From a virus, in the IMG/VR virus record IMGVR_UViG_2799112907_000002, positions 1 through 23,786 of that record: 23,786 nt of DNA; one strand, written 5' to 3'. Of this stretch, positions 15,577 through 23,786 are shown in pieces (positions within the stretch are counted from its first letter, which is position 1; each line of letters starts with the position of its first letter). Both the position numbers and the translations under genes were made by a program. The notes beneath the pieces are model-generated. The model worked only from the letters and a program-made list of their open reading frames with translations, made no database searches and was not told the DNA's origin.

Positions 15577-16187
15577 TGCATATTCTAGAGAAAGCATTCT
15601 TAAATTTATTAAGAGGTAATATTTCTATTTTAGAAGATCCTGATATTCGTATTGGCAATAGGTTTTCTCCACATGATAACACTCCTTGTGTTACCTTAGA
15701 TGTTGTTGATGAAAATTTTATTAGGAGACGTTTTATAACTCTTGATAATATGAAATATCTTCGGAAATTATATGATGTTGATTTATGGATTAATATATAT
15801 GTAAATACTGAAGAAGATAGACAAAGTATTATTGAAGATATAGATAAAAGAATCCTTCAAGCTGAAGCTAATCATTATACTACATGTACTAATTTTAATG
15901 ACAATATCTGTAATAAATTAGAAAGAGAATGTGAAGTATTAACTACAGATAATGGAAGGACAATAAAAAATCAATGCCCCAACCTTAAAAATTATCAATC
16001 TTTTTTTAAAACTTATCATATTCAAAAAAATACATTTAAACTTCTTGGAGTAACTAATCTAGATGAATTAGATATTTCACAACCAGTTTTAAGAACAATT
16101 TTTAAATTAAATATGAATTACTATTCCTATTATAAAATAGGTGGAAAATCATTTAACAATCTAAATCTTAGTGGAGATTTATTATGA
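15576..16187 (+). CDS. Probable tail terminator with a Cys-containing insertion
   Basis: Position between gp10-like and sheath genes. 'YDVDLWINIYVNTEEDRQSIIEDI'. Confidence 0.5.
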   Translation: MHILEKAFLNLLRGNISILEDPDIRIGNRFSPHDNTPCVTLDVVDENFIRRRFITLDNMKYLRKLYDVDLWINIYVNTEEDRQSIIEDIDKRILQAEANHYTTCTNFNDNICNKLERECEVLTTDNGRTIKNQCPNLKNYQSFFKTYHIQKNTFKLLGVTNLDELDISQPVLRTIFKLNMNYYSYYKIGGKSFNNLNLSGDLL

Positions 16188-16420
16188 CAAAGAAAAATGA
16201 AACAAATAAAAAAGTCAGTACTGCTACTAAAAAAATAATACTTTATGAAGCAGTGCAAAAAAATCCAACCGAACATTTTATAATTGTTGGAGCTTTAGCA
16301 AGAGCAGGTTTACTTGAACAATACAATCAAGAAAAACTTGACTATCCTAAAGGCATTGTTAAACCAACAATAACTGATGAACAATTAAATAAAATTATTA
16401 AAGATTATATAGGAGAGTAG
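16184..16420 (+). CDS. Small hypothetical protein preceding the sheath gene
   Basis: 78 aa, RBS GGAGA, overlaps the upstream stop (ATGA). Confidence 0.6.
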   Translation: MTKKNETNKKVSTATKKIILYEAVQKNPTEHFIIVGALARAGLLEQYNQEKLDYPKGIVKPTITDEQLNKIIKDYIGE

Positions 16421-16426
16421 ATATTT

Positions 16427-17581
16427 ATGGCAATAACCCAAACTCCCGGAATAACTTATAATGAAATAAATACTACCCCAAATGCAAATGGGGTAGGAGC
16501 AGAAATACCTATTTTCATAGGAATTTCTGGAAACAGTACTCCATATATCGGTATTCAAAAATTTAAAAAATATGAAGATGCATGTGTAGAACCAACTGCA
16601 ACTACACCAGGTCTTGGAACTTCTTTAACTAACAACCCTTTGTTAGAAACTGTTCAAAAATTCTTTAATGAAGCTAAAAAAATTCAAGCTGATGATATTG
16701 GAATTCCTTATATTTATGCAATTGACCTCGGTAATATTACTCTTCGTAGTGGTGAACAAGCTACAAACGCGTCTGAATCAACAATTACTGCATGGACTAA
16801 TGCAATGAAATTAGCTAAAACAGTCCAAGAAGTTACAATGGAAGCATATGTAGGTTTCAAATCAACAGATACTCCTGCAGATTATCTTAGTCTTATGGTT
16901 TCCGCAGATGAAAAAATCAAAGAATATGTTTCGATGTGCCAACCTAGAATAGGTTATTTCACTGTAAAAGGAGCTACAGATAACGTTTTAATATCACTCA
17001 CTAATGATAGTGCTAATCAACATAGTAGAATTTGTTTAATTGAACCAAATAAATTTGGAGAAATTTTAGCTAGAATTGCAACTACTCCTTACTATGAAGA
17101 ACCAGGATATTATGCATTTAGAAGTATTAATCCTGGAGAATTCACTGAAAGATCTAAAGAAGAAGAACTTGCATTACAAAATGCAGGAATTATCTTTGGA
17201 AGAGATGAAAAAGTAGGTAATATTAGTTATCCAAAAATTTGTCTTGGTGTTTCCACTGCTTTTGCAGCTGATGAAGATGCAAGACCTAAAGATGCTTTAT
17301 TACATGCAAGAAGAAATGTTGATAGATTAATCCGTGATACTTATGTAACTATTTACCCTCAATTAAAACGTAACGAAACTGAAGGATATCTTAGTTACGC
17401 TCAAGCAGATATTGATACTTTAATAAGTAACAAAATAGACTCTGGTTATATGAAAGAAGGCACTTATCTTCAAGTTGCTGAATCAGATATAGATCCTTAT
17501 GATTTAAAAATCAATGGGGAAGTATTACCTATAAATGCAACTTACACTATTGGTGTTAACATATATCTTGGAGACATATAA
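16427..17581 (+). CDS. Tail sheath-like protein
   Basis: 384 aa. N-terminal 'TPGITYNEI...IPIFIG' and C-terminal 'LHARRNVDRLIR' are sheath-like, and a 135-aa tube-sized gene follows. Confidence 0.7.
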   Translation: MAITQTPGITYNEINTTPNANGVGAEIPIFIGISGNSTPYIGIQKFKKYEDACVEPTATTPGLGTSLTNNPLLETVQKFFNEAKKIQADDIGIPYIYAIDLGNITLRSGEQATNASESTITAWTNAMKLAKTVQEVTMEAYVGFKSTDTPADYLSLMVSADEKIKEYVSMCQPRIGYFTVKGATDNVLISLTNDSANQHSRICLIEPNKFGEILARIATTPYYEEPGYYAFRSINPGEFTERSKEEELALQNAGIIFGRDEKVGNISYPKICLGVSTAFAADEDARPKDALLHARRNVDRLIRDTYVTIYPQLKRNETEGYLSYAQADIDTLISNKIDSGYMKEGTYLQVAESDIDPYDLKINGEVLPINATYTIGVNIYLGDI

Positions 17582-17611
17582 TTAAAAAAAATGGAATGAA
17601 GGTGAATTTAA

Positions 17612-18019
17612 ATGGCAATAACTATTGACCCAGAGGATAATAGTCATTACATGGCTGAGATTAAGATTGGTGATGATGTAATTGTATCAAACGAATTTAA
17701 CTTTGATATTACAGAAGAAGGTGGAGATGCAAAATACGTTACTAATAGTCAAGATGCAATAAGATTTGGTAGTAGTAAAAATACATATGAATGGGGAGCA
17801 AGTGGTGTTGAACCAGAATTTTATAAACTCCTTTTACAATGCAAGTTAGAAGGAAAATTATTTACTGTTCAGATATTCGATTTTGGTCCTGATGGAAATT
17901 ACGAACATCAAGGTACTATGAAATTTGCAAAAATCACAGAATTAAACAGATCATTTGGTGATGATGGAGTAACTATAGATGTCTCTGGCAGTGCATTAAG
18001 TTTAACCCCGCCAAATTAA
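17612..18019 (+). CDS. Tail tube protein
   Basis: 135 aa after the sheath gene, with beta-rich 'YEWGASG' and 'VTIDVSGSAL'. RBS GGTGA. Confidence 0.7.
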   Translation: MAITIDPEDNSHYMAEIKIGDDVIVSNEFNFDITEEGGDAKYVTNSQDAIRFGSSKNTYEWGASGVEPEFYKLLLQCKLEGKLFTVQIFDFGPDGNYEHQGTMKFAKITELNRSFGDDGVTIDVSGSALSLTPPN

Positions 18020-18108
18020 AAAAAAAATTTAATCTATTTTTTTCCCTTATTTTTTTTATATACATATAATAATATTATTTTAAACCTTATAAAGGGAGGT
18101 CAAAAAAT

Positions 18109-18831
18109 ATGGATCAAAAAGATATTCACAACCTTAAACATAGATTTCCAGAAGAGGCTAAATTATTACCTTTAGAATATTTAGATGAAGAAGATAAGAT
18201 TTTAGCTGAAAAATGTATTAATCAAGAAGAATTTACAGATGAAGAATTAAAAAAATTAAAATTATTACTCGTAAATTACAGACCATATTTCAAAGAATAT
18301 AATATAGTAGAAAAGAATATAGAAGAAAATTTAAAAATTGTAAAAACATCTGACCAATTATTAAATTTATTAAATAACCCAAATCGTTTTAGAATAGATA
18401 TGAAATATACAATTGATGGTCAGAAATATTTATTTAAATTAAAAATTAATCCTTTAGAAGATAAAGATTATATATCATTAATTGACAATCAAACACGTGT
18501 ATTTAAAGATTTAACACAATCTGAAAAGAAAATTTTTGCTAAATCACAGTTAAATCAAAAATTAACACCTGAAGAAGAAAAAATGCAGAAACATATTCAA
18601 GATAAAATTAATGAATTATATTTAGACTCTAGTAAAAATGCAGAACAGATTACAGAAATTATTGCAAAAAGTGTTGATTTTGTTGATGATCCAGAAAAAA
18701 CATATGAAGAAAAATTAGCATTCTGGATGCAAATAGATTTACAACATCGTGTTAACTTATTTTATAAAATTAAAGAAATATTAAACATAGGAAATGAATT
18801 AGAAGATGATTTATTTCCATCTATTAGATAG
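18109..18831 (+). CDS. Tail assembly chaperone (gpG-like)
   Basis: Charged helical protein between the tube and tape measure genes. RBS GGGAGG. Confidence 0.65.
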   Translation: MDQKDIHNLKHRFPEEAKLLPLEYLDEEDKILAEKCINQEEFTDEELKKLKLLLVNYRPYFKEYNIVEKNIEENLKIVKTSDQLLNLLNNPNRFRIDMKYTIDGQKYLFKLKINPLEDKDYISLIDNQTRVFKDLTQSEKKIFAKSQLNQKLTPEEEKMQKHIQDKINELYLDSSKNAEQITEIIAKSVDFVDDPEKTYEEKLAFWMQIDLQHRVNLFYKIKEILNIGNELEDDLFPSIR

Positions 18832-19036
18832 CTTCATAGGAGAAGTCTATTTCCGTGTAAGTAAACACTTACACATAACTATTTCTGAAGTAATAAAAGG
18901 TTTCAGAACCCATGACCTCGACATGATAATGTTAATGAGAAAATATGGTGAAGAAATTAAAAATGAATACAAACAAGCTAAAAAAATAAAACAGGAAGCT
19001 AAAAAAAATAAATTAGCAAATAAAAGAAGAAGATAA
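18806..19036 (+). CDS. Tail assembly chaperone extension (gpT-like), likely made by a +1 frameshift
   Basis: Overlaps the end of the upstream ORF in the +1 frame, has no clear RBS, and TTT-C is present at 18814-18817. Confidence 0.55.
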   Translation: MIYFHLLDSFIGEVYFRVSKHLHITISEVIKGFRTHDLDMIMLMRKYGEEIKNEYKQAKKIKQEAKKNKLANKRRR

Positions 19037-19053
19037 AAATTGAGGTTATTAGC

Positions 19054-22000
19054 ATGGTATTATCACAAGAAGAAATTTTGTTAACCATTGGTGCTAGAGA
19101 CAATGCTTCTAATGTTGCAGGCAACGTTGATAAAAGTTTTCAAGGAATGGCAAGTAACATCTCACAAGCATTATCCAGTCTAAATTCATCAATGATGAAT
19201 TTCGGACAAGTATCCGATAATATCATTCAAGGTTTATCAGGTAAATCTGCAATGGATAATATTCTTGGCACAACCACTAAAGCTGAAACAAATAGTGTTT
19301 TAATTAAGATGATGACTGAAAGTGAAGAGGCTGCACAGTCCTTAAATAAAACTGTAGATGAAGTAACAGATAAAAGTTTAACCTCAATGCAAGACCTCAT
19401 ACCCGCAATGAATGCATTTAAATCTGCCACAGGTGCTTCAGATAAAGAACTTGAAAGCATAACAGATGAAATGGCAAACTTTGGTGCAGCAGTATTAGCT
19501 CAAACAGGTTCAACAGACCTTGCTCAACAGTCCATGATGGATCTAAGTAAAGGTATTAAAGGAGCTTTCGCTTCATTAGATCAATATGGTGTAAGTGAAG
19601 AAGCATTAATGCGAACCGGCCTTTGGAGTGGTAAAGAAGATGATGTTAAAGGTTATATGGCTGCGGTTAATGAGGTTATTGGTTCAACTGATGAGTTAAT
19701 GAAAACTAACCAGGGTCTCGATGCACTTATAGGTAAAGCTTTTTCACGTGCAGGTAAAAAAATTGGTAATGACTTTTTACCCTTCCTAAAAGACATTAAA
19801 AAAGGATTCCTAGAATTAGATGATTCATTAGGTGGTGGTCTTACTGCTACTATATTAGCTGTTAGTAGTGGAATAGAAATAGCAAATCAAGCTTTCTGGA
19901 ATTTATCAACAACTATAAACGGAATAAAAGATCTTAAAAATGCTGGAAGGACTGTAATTAAAATGGTTAAAGATTATAAAAAGGCTAAACAGATTACTGA
20001 AGGTCTTGAAACTGCTGGAGAAATAGGTGGGGCTGTGGGTAATGCTGGAGAAAAAATTAGTAAAAGTTCTAAAGGTGTTGAAACAGCAAGCAAATCTACA
20101 AGTGTGCTAAGTGGTTCATTGACTAGTATGATTGCCCCATTACTTAAATTAAGTGCTGTTATTATAATTATGATACCAGTAGTTAGTGTAATAGCTGCTG
20201 AAGGAATGATATTTGTCAAACTTCTAGGAGAATTAATGAAAGGTTTAAAATTTGATGGTATTAATCTTAAAGATTCCATTAATGGTATCAAGCAAATAGC
20301 CGAAGGTATTGCTTGGATTGGTGTTGCTCTTGGTACGATTACCTTTACTGCTTTAATGACTAATATAAGTATTCTAATTAGTGGCATCACTGGTTTCTTA
20401 TTCGGTGGTTTAGATGTAGCTGTAGCTATTTTAAAACAAGTGAATAGCAAATTAAATGAATTAGGTAATTTGAAAATAAATAAAGATACTGTTGGAAAAC
20501 TAAAATCATTATCTGATGGTTTAAATTCAATGGCTATGGCTATTTCAAGTTTAACAAAAATAGGAATAGAACAAATAAAATTAAATATATCTAATTTTGT
20601 TGCAACCATAACAAGTCTTGGACATGTAACAGACAGTTTAGATACAGCTAAAACAGAGCTTATAAATGCAGGAAAAGCTATTAATGAGTTAGGAACTGGT
20701 ATAACTCCAATAGATCCAGGAAAAGCTCAAAATATTCAAAATGTTTGTAACAGTCTCGCAAGTGTTGGTGAAGCAATAGGTGCTTTAAGAAAATTAAGAG
20801 ATGATTACAATTGGGATTTTACAATGGGTAGTATATTCAAAGGTGTTGATATACAAACTGCATTAGAAACAGTTAAAACAGACATTACCAAAGCTAGTAA
20901 TGCTCTTGCACAATTTACCGGCTTGGCCACAATACCTGAAGGAGTAGCACAGAAAATACAAACAACCGCAAGTACATTAAAATCTGTCGGAGAATCATTT
21001 AATACCTTAAGAAGTTTAAGGGATAATTTTAATTGGGATGAAATGATGGGTGGTATATTTAAGGGTCAAGATATATCAGGAGCATTAGACAAAGTAATCT
21101 CTGATATTAAGACAGTAGCAACTAAATTAATGAATTTAGGTGATATGTCACCAGTCAATAGTGACATACAAACAAAAATACATGGAGTAGCTAGTGGACT
21201 ACAAAAACTGAAAGATGCTGTCCCAGTTTTCAAAGATTTCCCGACAAGTGAAGGTTTCAATATTGCAAATGTACAAACAGCTGTTAACAATATTAAACAA
21301 ATAGCTACACAATTATCCACTCTTTCAAATATTACTTTAACAGAAGGCAGTACCGGTATTTTAGGTACTATTAATTCCGCTTTAACTACATTAAAAAGTA
21401 CTTTAGCAAATGCAACTGGTTTTTCAGATAGTGCTATACATATTGGTTCTGAAATTGTTAATGGTGTTCAATCTGGTATATCACCTTTACCTTCAACTGT
21501 CACTACTCAAGTTAGCACTGCTACTAATAGTGCAGCTAGTGCAGGTTGGACTGGAGGAGCACACATTGGAACTTCTGTAACAAATGGTTTTAAATCTTCA
21601 TTACAATTAGCTAATGTAATGACAACTGAAATGGGTCATGTTAAATCTGCAGTGGATAGTGGTATTTCTGCTGCTAAAAGTGCTGCAGAAAATGGTGCTA
21701 AAGAAATTGTTCAAGCATTCCAAAATGGTGTTAATGTTGGGTCTCCTGGTGATATTGCACGTACAATGAAACAAGAAATGTTATATACAAAAGATTTTAT
21801 TGTTGGTGCAGGACCTGGTTTAATGTCAGCAAGTTATAGTCTTGCAAAAAATATTGTTAAAAGTTTTGGAAATCCAAGCCTTAATCCTAATTTTTTAGGT
21901 TCATCTCTTAGTTTAAATAATCTTGCTACTGTTGTTACATCTCCATCAGCTTCTGGATCTATCAATAAAATTATTAATATTTATGTTTCTGAAAGTGCAG

Positions 22001-22107
22001 TTAATATAGATGCAAGAAATAAAACTGAAAAAGAAGCTAAACAATTAGGTATTGCTATACTTGAAAGTTTTGATGGTATAACTGATATAAATGTTGCAGG
22101 TGACTAA
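19054..22107 (+). CDS. Tape measure protein
   Basis: 1017 aa, Ala/Gly/Ser/Thr-rich helical. It starts 'ILLTIGARDNAS' and ends with the typical 'INIYVSESAVNIDAR'. Confidence 0.92.
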   Translation: MVLSQEEILLTIGARDNASNVAGNVDKSFQGMASNISQALSSLNSSMMNFGQVSDNIIQGLSGKSAMDNILGTTTKAETNSVLIKMMTESEEAAQSLNKTVDEVTDKSLTSMQDLIPAMNAFKSATGASDKELESITDEMANFGAAVLAQTGSTDLAQQSMMDLSKGIKGAFASLDQYGVSEEALMRTGLWSGKEDDVKGYMAAVNEVIGSTDELMKTNQGLDALIGKAFSRAGKKIGNDFLPFLKDIKKGFLELDDSLGGGLTATILAVSSGIEIANQAFWNLSTTINGIKDLKNAGRTVIKMVKDYKKAKQITEGLETAGEIGGAVGNAGEKISKSSKGVETASKSTSVLSGSLTSMIAPLLKLSAVIIIMIPVVSVIAAEGMIFVKLLGELMKGLKFDGINLKDSINGIKQIAEGIAWIGVALGTITFTALMTNISILISGITGFLFGGLDVAVAILKQVNSKLNELGNLKINKDTVGKLKSLSDGLNSMAMAISSLTKIGIEQIKLNISNFVATITSLGHVTDSLDTAKTELINAGKAINELGTGITPIDPGKAQNIQNVCNSLASVGEAIGALRKLRDDYNWDFTMGSIFKGVDIQTALETVKTDITKASNALAQFTGLATIPEGVAQKIQTTASTLKSVGESFNTLRSLRDNFNWDEMMGGIFKGQDISGALDKVISDIKTVATKLMNLGDMSPVNSDIQTKIHGVASGLQKLKDAVPVFKDFPTSEGFNIANVQTAVNNIKQIATQLSTLSNITLTEGSTGILGTINSALTTLKSTLANATGFSDSAIHIGSEIVNGVQSGISPLPSTVTTQVSTATNSAASAGWTGGAHIGTSVTNGFKSSLQLANVMTTEMGHVKSAVDSGISAAKSAAENGAKEIVQAFQNGVNVGSPGDIARTMKQEMLYTKDFIVGAGPGLMSASYSLAKNIVKSFGNPSLNPNFLGSSLSLNNLATVVTSPSASGSINKIINIYVSESAVNIDARNKTEKEAKQLGIAILESFDGITDINVAGD
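20761..21150 (+). repeat. Degenerate 74-codon tandem repeat inside the tape measure gene
   Basis: 'SVGEAIGALRKLRDDYNWDFTMGSIFKGVDI' and 'SVGESFNTLRSLRDNFNWDEMMGGIFKGQDI', 222 nt apart. Confidence 0.7.
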
Positions 22108-22109
22108 GA

Positions 22110-22631
22110 ATGGGTATGTATGATGATATAGTTAATGGTGTAAGTGAAAACATACAGATTAATGGTTATCCTTTTTATGCTGAGAATATTTCTAGTGATG
22201 AACCTTTTAACAGACGTGAATTAAATAGAACTTCTATCCAAGGTGGTACAGAACATGTAAGCTATGGTAAATATATACCTAGAACTTTTAACTTCACTAC
22301 AACAGTATATCATCCTAAAAATAAACCTAATGTCCATGATAAAATTTTAAAACAAATTGTTACACAACCTGCTGAAATTATTTCACGATATATGGGGTCA
22401 TTTAAAGCGGAAGTTCAAATGCAAAAAAATATTGAAGAAACTTCTCCTAACCATTTCACTTTAGATGTTACAATTACTGAGATTCCTGGCAAAAAAAGTA
22501 ATATTAAAGGAGAATCTTTCAAAGTTCCATCTCCAAAGAAAATAAAAATAAATAAAAAATCTGATAAAAAGTCTAAAACAAAATCTGCAAGTAAGAATTC
22601 AAATGTTAAAGTTAATAGTAAGCGAAAGTAA
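22110..22631 (+). CDS. Distal tail / tube-baseplate adaptor protein with a Lys-rich tail
   Basis: First gene after the tape measure. Beta-rich 'PRTFNFTTTV' and 'FTLDVTITEIP'. Confidence 0.55.
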   Translation: MGMYDDIVNGVSENIQINGYPFYAENISSDEPFNRRELNRTSIQGGTEHVSYGKYIPRTFNFTTTVYHPKNKPNVHDKILKQIVTQPAEIISRYMGSFKAEVQMQKNIEETSPNHFTLDVTITEIPGKKSNIKGESFKVPSPKKIKINKKSDKKSKTKSASKNSNVKVNSKRK

Positions 22632-22647
22632 ATTGAGGGGATAAATA

Positions 22648-23700
22648 ATGGTTATAGCATTAAGTCATTCTGGTTTAGAAGTATATAAAACAGATGATGT
22701 AATCAATACCCAACATGAATCTGATAATTCAAATAGTAAAACTGCTGATTCTAAATCTAATAAAACTAATGAAACTAGTAACTCTACTACTAATACATCT
22801 GATGATTCTGAAAATGAAGGTTATGTACTTCAAAATGGAAATATCACAGAAATTTCATATTATGATAGATTCTATGAAAATAGTTTTGAATATGATTATG
22901 AAGACATATCAGCAAGTGGAGATGCTTCATTTCCCACAGTTAATCAAAAAAAATTTTATAAAGGCAAAAGAGTTTGTTTAAAAAAAGCATATAACCCAAA
23001 AAAATGGGATGATTTAAAAACAGTATTACTAGGTTTTATCACAGAACAAACTTACAGTAATGATCATGTTGATTTAGAAATTTCTGGCATGACTAAACTT
23101 TTAGATAAAAAAGAAAAATTTGATTTCAAACAAATGAAAAGATCAGAAATTGTAAAAAGTATTATTGAAGCAGCAGGTTTAAAAGCTGAAATAGATATTG
23201 GTGATTTGAAAGATGATGTGATTGATTATACTAATATATCATCCTCAGGGTCAGGTGTTGCAGGTGGCGAAGGTGAAAACATTGATGAATTGGTATCTTC
23301 TATCTGTGGTAGTGAAACTGATGAACTTACAAAATGTAAGTTGATTCATGAATGGTTACGTAAAAATGTTGTTTACAAACTCTATACATGCAGTCATCAT
23401 AATAGTGCTGAAGAATGTCTTAAACATAAAGATGGTTTGAATTGTGCTGATACTGCACGATTAACAAGGGCTATGATGTCAAGTGCAGGATTAAAAGCTT
23501 ATGTTGTTCATGCACCGAACCATTTTTATTGTGTTATAAAAATAGATGGTAAGGAATATGCATCAGACCAAACAGGAAGAGAAAGTCCATCTATGTCCGG
23601 GTCTGCATTTAATACCTGTTGGCATGAAAGCTGTAACTGTCGAAGAACATTTCGCCCTGGTGAATATGGAAGTATAAATGGGGACAATCCAAGTTGTTAA
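22648..23700 (+). CDS. Baseplate hub-like protein with a C-terminal transglutaminase-like (Cys-His-Asp) peptidase, putative virion-associated pseudomurein hydrolase
   Basis: Hub-like 'LLGFITEQTYSNDHVDLEISGMTKLLD'. Triad C266 (NCAD, 23443), H292 (NHFY, 23521) and D307 (SDQT, 23566). Confidence 0.75.
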   Translation: MVIALSHSGLEVYKTDDVINTQHESDNSNSKTADSKSNKTNETSNSTTNTSDDSENEGYVLQNGNITEISYYDRFYENSFEYDYEDISASGDASFPTVNQKKFYKGKRVCLKKAYNPKKWDDLKTVLLGFITEQTYSNDHVDLEISGMTKLLDKKEKFDFKQMKRSEIVKSIIEAAGLKAEIDIGDLKDDVIDYTNISSSGSGVAGGEGENIDELVSSICGSETDELTKCKLIHEWLRKNVVYKLYTCSHHNSAEECLKHKDGLNCADTARLTRAMMSSAGLKAYVVHAPNHFYCVIKIDGKEYASDQTGRESPSMSGSAFNTCWHESCNCRRTFRPGEYGSINGDNPSC

Positions 23701-23712
23701 AAGGTGATTATT

Positions 23713-23786
23713 ATGGCACATGTTGTAATAGGTTGTGATAACAATAATGGAAAAGACCATGATTTCCAGAATACAGTTGCAAAAGC
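23713..23786 (+). CDS. 5' end of the next gene, truncated by the window edge (MAHVVIGCDNNNGKDHDFQNTVAK...)
   Basis: ATG follows AAGGTGATT, and the frame is open to the end of the window. Confidence 0.6.
   Translation, partial: MAHVVIGCDNNNGKDHDFQNTVAK

Noticed and set aside
19227-21320. Three minus-strand ORFs inside the tape measure gene (19227-19460, 19974-20609, 21066-21320)
   Set aside because: Typical antisense shadows of a biased-codon helical protein, with no RBS or motifs.
22715-23760. Alternate-frame ORF 22715-22981 (+) and antisense ORF 23563-23760 (-)
   Set aside because: Both overlap the well-supported hub/peptidase gene.
1-23786. Diversity-generating retroelement, integrase or att site
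   Set aside because: No reverse transcriptase, no TR/VR repeat pair, and no recombinase or tRNA-linked att in this window, so provirus versus free virus cannot be decided.

Overview
A roughly 24-kb AT-rich stretch of a tailed archaeal virus or provirus (Caudoviricetes), most likely infecting Methanobacteriales such as Methanobrevibacter or Methanosphaera. The host call is inferred from GGTGA/GGAGG ribosome-binding sites, BRE/TATA-type promoters, a TFIIB-type zinc ribbon, an 'AVSAAED' signal peptide and a Cys-His-Asp transglutaminase-like domain of the kind used by pseudomurein endoisopeptidases. Gene order on the + strand: ASCH protein, zinc finger, secreted protein, about 1 kb gene-poor spacer, stand-alone TFIIB zinc ribbon, two small membrane proteins, terS, terL, portal, MuF minor head protein fused to a zincin metallopeptidase, and a small acidic ORF. 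An inverted HTH-ImmA/IrrE + DUF4411(PIN) cassette and several tiny ORFs then interrupt the head module. It resumes with prohead protease, major capsid, head-tail joining genes, sheath-like and tube genes, tail chaperones with a likely +1 frameshift, tape measure, and a baseplate hub fused to a transglutaminase-like peptidase. The most unusual signals are a 26-bp intergenic motif present four times, the MuF-peptidase/putative immunity pair, the inverted toxin-antitoxin-like moron with a 34-codon GC-rich leader ORF, a TGTAAC/GTTACA palindrome array before terS, and a zinc-ribbon gene with a strong RBS but an ATC start. All family assignments come from motif recognition by eye; no database search was run.
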